Part shown: positions 42,911 to 54,699 of the stretch, in pieces | Position numbering within the stretch: the first letter of the stretch is position 1 | Layout of the letters: each line of letters starts with the position of its first letter | Assembly: GCA_965206595.1 (NCBI GenBank) | Contig: OZ242214.1 | Location: forward strand, 5,728,001 to 5,792,000 | Reading direction: 5' to 3' | Origin: Candidatus Latescibacterota bacterium | GTDB lineage: Bacteria > Latescibacterota > UBA2968 > UBA8231 | DNA: 64,000 nucleotides | Position numbers and translations under genes: made by a program | The notes under the pieces: generated by a model | What the model was told of the DNA's origin: nothing | What the model saw: only the letters and a program-made list of their open reading frames with translations | The model's database searches: none

Positions 42911-42940
42911 GGTCCTCGTCCTCGGTTGCAGCCACAGCGC

Positions 42941-44036
42941 CTACAGATCGACGACCTGCAGGCGCTGTGCCAGCTTGTCTCCCATAAGATCGGACTTGCT
43001 CTCGAGTTTCAAAACGCCGCGCGGGCAGACGTGGGCGCACATCCCGCAGCCGACGCACGAAGCCCGCTTGACGTCCTGGAAGCCCGCTTGACGTCCTGGT
43101 TGTTGCGGGCGTAGGCGCGCACGTCGATTCCCATCTCGCAGTAGGCGCTGCAGTTGCCGCACGAGATGCACATGTCCGGTTTCACGCTGATGCGGAAGCG
43201 CCCGAACTTCTGGATCAGGCCGAGCAGCGCCGCCATCGGGCAGAAGAAGCGGCACCAGACCCGGGTCCCCAGCAGCGGGTAGAGCGCCACGGCGAACACC
43301 CCCGACAGCAGCGCCCCGACGATGAGCCCGTACATCTCCTGAATCTTGAAGGCCACCGCGGCGAAGCCTGGGTGGTTCTGGCCGATGCCCCAGTTGATGA
43401 AGACGACCGCGGTTGTGCCGAGGGCGAGAAGCAGCACCGTGTGGATGGAGACCTGCTCGAACTTCCACGCACGCGTCGACTTGTCGGAGAGGTGGCGCCA
43501 GGAGTCGCCGGCGGTCTCGGCAAGGCCGCCGCAGCCGCAGATCCACGAGCAGTAGAAGCGCTTGCCGAAGATGAAGGCCAGCGCCGGAAACAGGATCAGC
43601 GAGCCGATGAAGCTGTAGAGGGCGATCAGCACCGGGTACTCGAGGATCGTGCTCGGGTAGAAGTACTCGATCTTAAGCGGCCACAGGTAGGAGAAGAAAA
43701 AATCCTTCTTCCCGACAGGGCGACCGCGAAAGGCAGGCAGAAGGCGAGCACGATCTGCACCGCCACCACGACAAGGGTCCTGACGCGCTGGTAGCGGCTG
43801 TTGCCGTGGCGGCCCAGGAAGAAGGCGCCGCCGGCGATCATGGCGAGCGAGTAGATGGCGCCGTAGAGCCACCACTTGTTGCCCAGACCCAGGGCCGCGG
43901 CGAGCGGGTCGAACCAGTCGGTGAAATAGGTCGCCAGGTAGAAGGCGAGGATGGCGGCCCCGAGGATCCAGGCGCTCGCCCCGCGCCGCCGCCATGCTTC
44001 CCGGTAGGTGCTCATCAGTCCGTGTTGGTACATCAT
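42941..44036 (-). pseudogene. Membrane 4Fe-4S binding protein, two frameshifts
   Basis: Pieces in three ORFs: N-terminal TMs (44036 to ~43715); GKRFYCSWICGCG, WCRFFCP, CISCGNCSAYC; CVGCGMCAHVCP after a 20-bp duplication. Confidence 0.75.
43059..43098. repeat. 20-bp perfect tandem duplication
   Basis: GAAGCCCGCTTGACGTCCTG x2. Confidence 0.95.
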
Positions 44037-44065
44037 CTGCTCGCGCCCTCCTCGGAAATGTTTCC

Positions 44066-45421
44066 TTATGTGACCGTCGCCTGCAAAAGGTGTCGAAGAC
44101 CGGCGGGGGCGTCAGCTCCGGGTCGAACAGGGCCTCCCGCAAGTGGGACAACACGTAGCGCAGGTCGCGGCGCTCCTCGATCCAGCGCACCAGGAAGGTG
44201 TGGTCCCAGCGGCGGCCCAGCATGTTGAAGCCGACGACGCGGTCGTTCTGCAGGACGATCCGCGTGGTGCTGCGCACCGGTCCGGTCTCCTCGTGGAACC
44301 AGTTCCTCTCCCCCTCGAGGTTGAAGTTGACCAGCCCGGCGGTGGTGTACTCGACATCCATGAACTTCGCCGAATTGTAGAACGTCCCGCGCTCGTAGGT
44401 GGCGGAGTCTCCCAGCATGGCGACGCCGGCCACCCGGCCCTGGGCGCGCGAGGTGTACCACAGCTGCTCCGGCCTGCGGCTGCCGTCGAACCAGGCGACC
44501 GCGGCGCCGCCGGCGGCGAACACGCCGGGGGCCGAGGTCGCAAGCCCCCCGTCGACGGCGATGCCCCAAGAGCGCTCGTCGAGCTCGATACCCGAGTCAC
44601 CGAGTCACCGAGTCACCCGGTGTGGGAACCACCCCGATGGTGATGACGGCGATATCGCACTCGATCCCGGGACCGTCGTCCCAGGTGTCGTCGGGAAAGG
44701 CGTTGGGCCGGTGCCCCGAACCGGCGACCTTGGTGCGCATTCCCGTTACCGCGCCCGCGGCGTCGCCGACGAACTCGTCGACGACGGTGTTGAGGTGCAC
44801 GTGCAGGCCGTTCTCCTCCATCACCCGCGCGATCCAGGCGGCCTCGCGGCCGTCGATGGCCAGCGGCCAGTACCAGTCCTCCATGATCAGGAAATGGGTG
44901 TCGACCCCGGCATGGGCGAGGATCTCTGCCGCCTCGATGCCGACCAGTCCGCCCCCTACGACCGCGGCGCTCCGGGCGCGGCGGCCTGCCGGCGCCGGGG
45001 CCGCCGTGGGCCTCGCGTTCGAGCCACTCGAGGTCCTGCATGGTGACGAAGTGGCCGATCCCGTCGAGGTCGGACCCGGGCCAGGGGCCCGAGCGCGGCC
45101 GCGAGCCGCAGGCGATCAGCAGGCGGTCGTAGGGAAGCGGCTCGAGCCCGCCGGCGAGAAGCACCAGCCTGGCCTCGACGTCGACCCCGGTGGCGCGCGC
45201 CCTCACCCGCCCGAAGCCGACGCGCTCGTACAGGTCGCGCTCGTAGGTCTCGATGTCGCGGTGCGACAGCTGTCCGCAGAAGACGTACATCAGCGCCGTG
45301 CGGGAGAAGGGTGGTCGGACTCTTCCGACACGATGGAGATTTCCCAGTCCGGCTCGCGCTGGCGAATCGTCAGCGCCGCCTCCATTCCGGCGACTCCGTT
45401 TCCTATAATGACGGCTCTCAT
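44066..45421 (-). pseudogene. NAD(P)/FAD-dependent oxidoreductase (ferredoxin/rubredoxin reductase-like), multiple frameshifts
   Basis: MRAVIIGNGVAG, then YDRLLIACGS, VVGGGLVGIE, GVFAAG and YNSAKFMD in successive different frames; 3' end approximate. Confidence 0.75.
44592..44615. repeat. 8-bp tandem repeat x3
   Basis: CCGAGTCA x3. Confidence 0.95.
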
Positions 45422-45646
45422 TGCGGTATGCGGTTTACCAGTTGGATGACCGAAGCGCGCCTCGGTTTCAAGGTTCCGCCGCATTTGGCTGCAACGGCCT
45501 GTTGCTCCCCCTTCGTCGCCGGCATCGTCCCGGCCGGGGCAAGGGGAGTGAATCTCGTCATGGAACAGGCTGGAATCCAGGTTGCCGAGGGCGTCGCTCC
45601 AGCGGCTTGAAGCTTGTGGAACCCCGAGTCAATGCGGATAATCCAA

Positions 45647-45677
45647 TATAGTACATCTATAGTACAACTATAGTACA
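45647..45677. promoter_or_regulatory. Three direct repeats with 11-bp period upstream of arsS, candidate operator
   Basis: TATAGTACA at 45647, 45658 and 45669. Confidence 0.55.
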
Positions 45678-45696
45678 ACGCATCACACCGCATCGG

Positions 45697-46758
45697 ATGA
45701 CGATGAGCGAACTGGTTCACATCGAAACAGCTGCCGCCGGACCGGCGCCCCGCCCGCGGGTCACGAAGTCGAATCGCGACCTGCTGGCCGGCGACTGGCC
45801 GCGCTTCTCCGACGTGCTCGACGAGCACGCCTTCCTCCTCGAGCGACGCCGGCTCACCACCCTGCAGGTCAACGTCGGCAAGCTCTGCAACCAGACCTGC
45901 CGCCACTGTCACGTCGAAGCCGGCCCCACACGCACGGAACAGATGACCCGCCGGACCGCGGAGCGGGTCGTCGAGCTGATGGACCTGCCCGGCGCCGAGG
46001 ATCTCGACCTCGTCGATATCACCGGCGGGGCGCCGGAGCTCAGCCCGCAGTTCCGCTTCCTCGCCGGGGAAGCGCGCTCCCGCGGCCTCCGCGTCATCGA
46101 CCGCTGCAACCTCACCGTGCTCTTCGAGCCTGGCCAGGAGGACACCGCCGGCTTCCTGCGCGACCACCGGGTCGAAGTCGTCGCCTCCCTGCCCTGCTAC
46201 TCCAGCGAAAACGTCACCCGGCAGCGGGGGGAAGGAGTGTTCGCCAAAAGCATCGAGGCGCTGCAGCTGCTCAATTCCCTCGGCTACGGGCAGGAGGGTA
46301 CCGGTCTCGTCCTCGACCTCGTGTACAACCCGGTGGGGGCCTTCCTGCCGCCGGACCAGGAGGAGTTGCAGAGCGACTACAAGGAGCGCTTGCTCGCCGA
46401 CTTCGGCATCCTCTTCAACCGGCTCTACACGATCACCAACATGCCGGTGAAGCGCTTCCTGTACGATCTCAAGCACAGCCACGGGCTCGAGGAGTACATG
46501 ACCCTCCTGGTCAACAGCTTCAACCTGCAGGCCGCGGAAAACGTCATGTGCCGCGACCTGGTCTCCATCGGTTGGGAGGGGACCGTCTACGACTGCGATT
46601 TCAACCAGATGCTTGAGATGCCGGTCCCGGGTCCGCGCCGCAGCATCTGGGACCTCGACTCCCTCGACGAGTTCAACCGCGGCCCCATCGCCGTCGCCGA
46701 CCACTGCTTCGGCTGCACCGCCGGGGCCGGCAGCAGCTGCGGCGGCTCCCTGGACTGA
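45697..46758 (+). CDS. arsS: Radical SAM/Cys-rich protein, arsenosugar biosynthesis ArsS family
   Basis: LQVNVGKLCNQTCRHCHVEAGP (CxxxCxxC), DITGGAPE, ASLPCY, YDCDFNQML, HCFGCTAGAGSSCGG. Confidence 0.9.
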   Translation: MTMSELVHIETAAAGPAPRPRVTKSNRDLLAGDWPRFSDVLDEHAFLLERRRLTTLQVNVGKLCNQTCRHCHVEAGPTRTEQMTRRTAERVVELMDLPGAEDLDLVDITGGAPELSPQFRFLAGEARSRGLRVIDRCNLTVLFEPGQEDTAGFLRDHRVEVVASLPCYSSENVTRQRGEGVFAKSIEALQLLNSLGYGQEGTGLVLDLVYNPVGAFLPPDQEELQSDYKERLLADFGILFNRLYTITNMPVKRFLYDLKHSHGLEEYMTLLVNSFNLQAAENVMCRDLVSIGWEGTVYDCDFNQMLEMPVPGPRRSIWDLDSLDEFNRGPIAVADHCFGCTAGAGSSCGGSLD

Positions 46759-47281
46759 GAACCACCCCCGGTTACCGGCAGTCTTCCTGGAATCCCCGCA
46801 TCCTTCCACGGGGCGCCGTAATCAGACAGGCGCGACCCTGCCGGAAACCGGTCCATACCGCGGTCGCCGGTGGCGCCACGTGCCCGCCTGACCGCGGCAA
46901 CCTGCCTGCGCAACCCCGTTCCGGTGTGAGGTCGCATTCAATTCCGGGGAATCCGGCCCCCGCATCCCTCCCTCGACGTCACTTTCGCTCGCGGCGATCA
47001 CCCGTGCGGACTCGCATCAAGCGCCCTGCGAGCCGCGGGCATCGGCTGAGAACTTGTGCCTGCGGGCGCAATTCCGCGTGAATTCCGTCGCCCTACATCC
47101 TGAGGGAAAAAATCGCGGTTCCAATCCAAACCCGTTCATCTGTGCGGAACTTCCCCCCAATCCCGGCTCGCGGCGTTGCCTTCCGCGCGCCGTACTCCCC
47201 AGGCACGACTCACAGGCGCATTTGCGATCCGGGCGCATCGGCGAAAGGAGGTAGTTGGTCCTCGTTCAGCAGGCGCGAAGG

Positions 47282-49831
<2,550 letters not shown>

Positions 49832-50002
49832 CCGGTTTCATCGGCTCCCGAAAAAGATGTTGGTGTCGAACCTGCAGGGGGCAGCCGGCCGCGGCAGAGG
49901 CCGCTGCCCCGGCAGCTTGTTCCCGGCCCGCAAAGCAGCTAAGGTATCCGCTCTTTTCCCGCTGGATCCATTCGCCGCTCTCCAATCGCAAGGAAATTTT
50001 CC

Positions 50003-51634
50003 ATGGCCATATCCAAGCACGGACTCAGGCATCGACCCACCGTAATGGGCAGGCGCGGCATGGTCGCCTCCGCCAATCCCCTCGGCTCGCTGGCCGGGCT
50101 GCGCATCCTCATGCAGGGCGGCAACGCCGTCGACGCGGCGGTGGCGACCGCCGCCGCCCTCAACGTGGCCGAGCCCTACATGTCGGGGATCGGCGGCGTC
50201 GGATACATGCACATCTACAGCGCCCGCGATCAGGAGCACAAGGTGCTCGACTACATAGGGCTGACACCAGCGGCCGCGGACCTTTCGCTGTTCGACGAGG
50301 AGAAAAAGGGGAGCGGGCCCTTGTCCCCTATCGTGCCCGGCGCCTGCGGAGGCTGGCTCGAGGCCCTGCGCAAGTACGGCACCATGGACCCCGACACGGT
50401 GTTCGCCCCGGCGATCGATCACGCCGAGCAGGGGATCGCCCTGACGGTCAGCAACAACTTCTACTTCGAAACCTGCGAGCCGAGGCTGTCGAAGTATCCC
50501 TCCTCGGCTTCCAACTACCTGGTGAAGGGGCGCGCTCCCCTGCCGGGAGACGTGCTCGTGCAGAAGGATCTCGCCGAGACCTTCCGCGCCGTCTGCCGCT
50601 CGGGACCGGAGGTGTTCTACACCGGGGAGATCGGCGAGATGACCGCCGCCTTCCTCGCCGAGGTCGGGGGGCTGATCACCAGGGAGGACCTCGCCGGCTT
50701 CGAGCCGGTCTGGCTCGACCCGGTCTGCATCGACTACCGCGGCTACAGGATCTGGGCGCCCCCACCCCCCTGCCAGGCGGTGCAGTACCTCGAGACCCTC
50801 AACATCATGGAGGGATACGACGTCGCCGCCATGGGGCACAACACCGCGGACACCCTTCACACCTTCCTCGAAGCGGTGAAGCTGTCGATCGCCGACCGCG
50901 CCGAGTACACCGCCATCGAACATCCGCCGACCTCGGGCCTGTTGTCCAAGGAGTTCGCGGCGAAGCGCAGGGAGCTGATCGGCGACCGGGCCCAACCATG
51001 CGGCGGCGACCTCTACACCGCGGAGAAGATGGAGAACGAGGTGGTCGCAGGGGACCCTTACCCCTACGTCCTCAACGAGTGCACGACCCATTTCGACACC
51101 GTGGACGCCGACGGCAACGCCGTCGCCTGTACGCAGAGCCTTGGCGGCGGTTTCGGCTCGGCGATGGTGGTGCCGGGCACCGGGGTGGCGCTCAACAATT
51201 TCATCAACTGGTTCGACCTTGAGCCGAAAAGCCCGAACGCCATCGGTCCGTTGAAGAAGAACGAGATGTGCATGTCGCCGATTCAGGTCTGGGACGACGG
51301 CGGACTGCGCCTGCTGATCGGTACCCCGGGAAGCCACGGGATTCTGCAGACGACGCCGCAGATGATCATGAACGTCCTCGACCACGACATGAACGTGCAG
51401 GCGGCGATCGAGGCGCCGCGCGCCAAGACCAACAGGGGTTACCAGATCGGCGCCGAGGACCGCATCGGCGCAGAGGTATTCGCCCGGCTCGAGGAGCGCG
51501 GGCACGTGATCGAACGTCTCGGAGACTGGACCGCCGGCGTGGGAGGCGGACAGGGGATCATGATCGACCCCGACAGCGGCTCCTTCACCGGCGGGGCCGA
51601 CCCCAGGCGCGACGGCTATGCCATGGGGTGGTGA
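50003..51634 (+). CDS. ggt: Gamma-glutamyltransferase family protein, no signal peptide
   Basis: GGNAVDAAVA, EPYMSGIGG, TTHF nucleophile, GTPG, GGADPRRDG. Confidence 0.92.
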   Translation: MAISKHGLRHRPTVMGRRGMVASANPLGSLAGLRILMQGGNAVDAAVATAAALNVAEPYMSGIGGVGYMHIYSARDQEHKVLDYIGLTPAAADLSLFDEEKKGSGPLSPIVPGACGGWLEALRKYGTMDPDTVFAPAIDHAEQGIALTVSNNFYFETCEPRLSKYPSSASNYLVKGRAPLPGDVLVQKDLAETFRAVCRSGPEVFYTGEIGEMTAAFLAEVGGLITREDLAGFEPVWLDPVCIDYRGYRIWAPPPPCQAVQYLETLNIMEGYDVAAMGHNTADTLHTFLEAVKLSIADRAEYTAIEHPPTSGLLSKEFAAKRRELIGDRAQPCGGDLYTAEKMENEVVAGDPYPYVLNECTTHFDTVDADGNAVACTQSLGGGFGSAMVVPGTGVALNNFINWFDLEPKSPNAIGPLKKNEMCMSPIQVWDDGGLRLLIGTPGSHGILQTTPQMIMNVLDHDMNVQAAIEAPRAKTNRGYQIGAEDRIGAEVFARLEERGHVIERLGDWTAGVGGGQGIMIDPDSGSFTGGADPRRDGYAMGW

Positions 51635-51640
51635 AGCCGC

Positions 51641-52366
51641 TCACTTGTCGGTTTCGTTGCCCAGTGCCTCGCAGGCGGCGGCGAACCCGGCGGACGTGCT
51701 GGTGTAACCGATGACGTGCTCGAAGTTGCGGAACACGATCTTGCGCAGCCATCCGCCTTCCTCGAGGCGGTCGTCCACGGTGTCGGAGTACTCCCCGGAG
51801 TGGGTGCAGTCCCGCAGCATGATAACCCGATAATTGTGCTCGACCGCCCCGGCGGTGGTCTGGTAGAGGCAGGCCCGCTGGCTGAACCCCACGGCGATCA
51901 ACGTCTTGATGTCCCTGCAGCGCAGGTGGTAGTCGGTGTGGGTCTCGTGGAACCCCGACCATTCCCGCTTGGGAAAATCCGGCTCGTGCGCCAGCGGCCG
52001 GATCGAAGGTGAGTAATCGGGCTTTACGGGGGTCCGGGCCGGGGCCGGCCGCGCCGCGGCCCCGGGAATGCCCCAGCGCGTTCCGTGCAGCTCGCGCTTG
52101 ATGCTGCCCGGCTCGTCGACGAGCGAGAAGTCGTTGTGAATGTAGAAGACGTGCATGCCGGCCTTGCGCGCCGCGGCCAGGGCCGGCGCGATCCCCTCCT
52201 CCACGTGCGGATTCCCGGAGCCGCAGTCGCTGTCGACGACCATGAACGCGGTGCGTTCCAGCTCGAGCTCGAGGGTGGCGTAGCGATGCCCTTCCTCCCC
52301 GTACCGCTGTCCGTTGTAGTTGCCCGCCGGGCCGAACCAGCGCACCGGCATTTTCAGTGTCGTCAT
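51641..52366 (-). CDS. Isochorismatase/cysteine hydrolase family protein
   Basis: VVD, FPKREWSGF, GFSQRAC (Asp-Lys-Cys triad), RDCT. Confidence 0.82.
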   Translation of the reverse strand: MTTLKMPVRWFGPAGNYNGQRYGEEGHRYATLELELERTAFMVVDSDCGSGNPHVEEGIAPALAAARKAGMHVFYIHNDFSLVDEPGSIKRELHGTRWGIPGAAARPAPARTPVKPDYSPSIRPLAHEPDFPKREWSGFHETHTDYHLRCRDIKTLIAVGFSQRACLYQTTAGAVEHNYRVIMLRDCTHSGEYSDTVDDRLEEGGWLRKIVFRNFEHVIGYTSTSAGFAAACEALGNETDK

Positions 52367-52376
52367 CTGGAGACTC

Positions 52377-53723
52377 CTATCCGAACCAGGAGGGTTTCGG
52401 TGTCGCCGGCGGCCAGTAGCCGGCGGGGTTTTCATCCCACTCCCGCCCGCACATCCGCGAGATGACCACCCACTCCGCGGCGGTGAGGTGGCCGTGGTTG
52501 TGGAAGAGGAAACGCTTCAGCCCGGCGGCTTCCGAGGCGGTGAGAATGCGCTGCAGGTCGCCGGCCGTCATCGGGTCGCCGGAGTGCGGCATGCGCCCGG
52601 TGTCGACCCAGGGCATGATCTTGCCGGGATCCCCCACCGCGGCGAGGGCGCGCCGGGTTTCCCGCTGCACCACTTCGTCGAAGAAGGTCTGGGGAAACCC
52701 GAGCTCCAGGTCTGCGAGGCTCTCCACCTCGGGCAGCTCGATCCCCATCCAGGCGCGCAGGACGGTCCAGCAGTCGTCCTCAGTCGTGCCCGGGTTCCAT
52801 TCGGCGATCTGCTTTACCCAGCGCGCGACGGTGCCGTACATGCCGTCGAAGCCGCGATGCCAGAAGTAGTGCTTCACCAGCAGGATATCGACGATCTCGT
52901 CCCAGGCGTGGAAGTCGAGGGCGGTCATTCCCGAGAACATCGCCGAGCGCGGACCGTTTCCGAGCAGCAGCTTGCGCGGCATTCCCTCGAGCTCGCCGCG
53001 GAACGCCCGCCCCTCGCGAAGGCCGTCCTCGCGGCGCCAGCGCAGCCAGTAGAGGGCGTCCTCGTCGATGTCGAACAGGTCCATCGCCGACAGGACCCCG
53101 CCCTCGGCGTAGTAGCGGATCTGGGACGGGGTGAAGCTGTGGAAACGCCGGTGCAGGTGCTCGCGGCCCCGCTCGAGGCGTCCGGCATCGTAGCCGCGTA
53201 CCTCGGCCGCCTCCTTCTGCGACTCGTTCATCTCGCGAAACACGGCGTTGCCATGGTGGTAGACGAGCTCATACGCCGATTCCGTCCAGCCGTCCATGAT
53301 GCCGCCGTCCGCTTCGGGAAAAGCGGCGAACACATCCTCCCATACCGCGGCCTGCAGCTGCGTGCCGTAGGGATCCTCGGCCAGCGGCAGGGCGGTCGCC
53401 GCCGCGGTCCCGGGGCCGGGGCAGAAGATCATCAGGCTCCAGCCGCGGCGCTTGGCGTCTTCCAGCATGGCGTGCAGGAGGCGTTCCTTGGCGGGGTTGC
53501 AGGCGACGTCGCGCCGCGCGACCTCCAGGCCTCGATCCCGGTACGGGTCGAGCCTGCTCTCGAAGGCGGGCACGGTGAAGTTTCCGTCGGCGTCGGCGAA
53601 CAGCAGGCGCCCGAAGACCATGCCGCGGATACCGCCGGCCTCCCAGGCGTCGAAGATGCGCTCGTAGTCGTCCATCACCGCTTCCAGAGGCTGTCCGATC
53701 CGAATCCAGGGAATCAATGCCAT
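52377..53723 (-). CDS. Hypothetical protein, possible TIM-barrel enzyme
   Basis: 448-aa ORF with natural composition, RBS GGAG, 10 bp upstream of the hydrolase. Confidence 0.7.
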   Translation of the reverse strand: MALIPWIRIGQPLEAVMDDYERIFDAWEAGGIRGMVFGRLLFADADGNFTVPAFESRLDPYRDRGLEVARRDVACNPAKERLLHAMLEDAKRRGWSLMIFCPGPGTAAATALPLAEDPYGTQLQAAVWEDVFAAFPEADGGIMDGWTESAYELVYHHGNAVFREMNESQKEAAEVRGYDAGRLERGREHLHRRFHSFTPSQIRYYAEGGVLSAMDLFDIDEDALYWLRWRREDGLREGRAFRGELEGMPRKLLLGNGPRSAMFSGMTALDFHAWDEIVDILLVKHYFWHRGFDGMYGTVARWVKQIAEWNPGTTEDDCWTVLRAWMGIELPEVESLADLELGFPQTFFDEVVQRETRRALAAVGDPGKIMPWVDTGRMPHSGDPMTAGDLQRILTASEAAGLKRFLFHNHGHLTAAEWVVISRMCGREWDENPAGYWPPATPKPSWFG

Positions 53724-53763
53724 GGCGGCTGCTCCGGTCGTCCATGTTGCGGCAGGTTAAAGA

Positions 53764-53792
53764 AAAAGCCGCTCCTGTTTGAAGCGGCTTTT
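53764..53792. terminator. Rho-independent terminator hairpin (bidirectional form)
   Basis: AAAAGCCGCT-N9-AGCGGCTTTT. Confidence 0.7.
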
Positions 53793-53863
53793 GTAGTTAA
53801 AGCCAGACAGCGTCAGTTGGCGCCCTGCTCTCCGGCTGTCTCGTATTCCAACTCGTCCCAGCT

Positions 53864-54532
53864 CTAATCGCCGGTAATGGGCGGATGGTCGACCTCCAGG
53901 CTGCCGGCGCCGGTAGTATCGGGTACGTCCCCCTCGTCGTGCCAAGCGGCGCGAATCCGCTCCAGTTCCAGCCCCTGCTCTGCTGTCAGCATGGCCTCGA
54001 AAGCCATGCGGTGCTCCTCCAGCAGGCCGCCCGGGTCCACGAGACCGGATGCCTCCGCCGCGGCGTAGCGGGCGCGCTGCCGCTCCAGAAGATCGAGCCA
54101 GCGGCGCTGCTGCTGCTCCGTGAGCTCCAGGGCGTCGGCAAGGTAACCGGGTTTCAGCCCGCCGGGTGGAGCGGGGATCATGCGTTCCTCGATGAACTCG
54201 CGGGCTCGCGCCAAAAACAGGCGCTGGTCCTCCGACAGAATCCGGTCGCGCTCCGCGGTGTGCGCGCGCAGGGCACGGCGAAATCGCTCCCGCCCCTCTC
54301 CGGGCGTCAGCATCCCTTCCTCGACCTGCCGTCTCACGGACTTCACTTCCCACTCCAGGGCAGCGCGCAGATCCCGCAGGCTGACTTCCTGGTTCTTCGT
54401 CAGGTTGAGCGCCTTCCGCACCCGCTGGCGGAAACGCTCCGGGTCGAATCGCTCCCCGCCCTCCTCTCCAAGTTGTGGAAGGGACGGCGCGGAAACGGCG
54501 AACACCAGAAATGCAATCAGTACGCGTGTCAT
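53864..54532 (-). CDS. Exported helical protein, Spy/CpxP-like
   Basis: Signal peptide; LNLTKNQ, ILSEDQ, LELTEQQ, MLTAEQ (LTxxQ-type motifs). Confidence 0.6.
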   Translation of the reverse strand: MTRVLIAFLVFAVSAPSLPQLGEEGGERFDPERFRQRVRKALNLTKNQEVSLRDLRAALEWEVKSVRRQVEEGMLTPGEGRERFRRALRAHTAERDRILSEDQRLFLARAREFIEERMIPAPPGGLKPGYLADALELTEQQQRRWLDLLERQRARYAAAEASGLVDPGGLLEEHRMAFEAMLTAEQGLELERIRAAWHDEGDVPDTTGAGSLEVDHPPITGD

Positions 54533-54699
54533 TCTCCCGAGCCTGGATCGTCTCTATGCAGCAGGCCGCCCTTCCGCCCCGAGTCGGTCCGTCCGGCCGC
54601 CGGACCGTTCATGGCGGTACCGTCGATGAATATAGGCAGGAGAGGGAGAACTTGAACGAGTTCCTGCGAGCACTGAAATTCTGGCACCAGGTTTCCCTT

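Noticed and set aside
43009-44523. 504-aa ORF that looks like a reductase-ferredoxin fusion
   Set aside because: Chance in-frame join of fragments of two frameshifted genes; the middle is out-of-frame sequence and the second gene has its own RBS and ATG at 44036.
43059-45677. Short repeats as a CRISPR array
   Set aside because: Adjacent tandem copies without unique spacers, and no cas genes.
41462-46758. Selenocysteine recoding in ArsS or DUF3179
   Set aside because: The relevant positions are Cys codons (GSSCGG, CPLT); nearby breaks are frameshifts, not in-frame TGA.
46770-47000. Cobalamin-riboswitch-like words on the minus strand (GGAAGG...CCAGGAAGACTGCC)
   Set aside because: Core elements are incomplete and it would point into the 3' end of arsS with no downstream gene.
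54682-54697. TGGCAC as a sigma54 promoter before the propeller gene
   Set aside because: The -12 position reads TTCC rather than TTGC and it is too close to the ATG.
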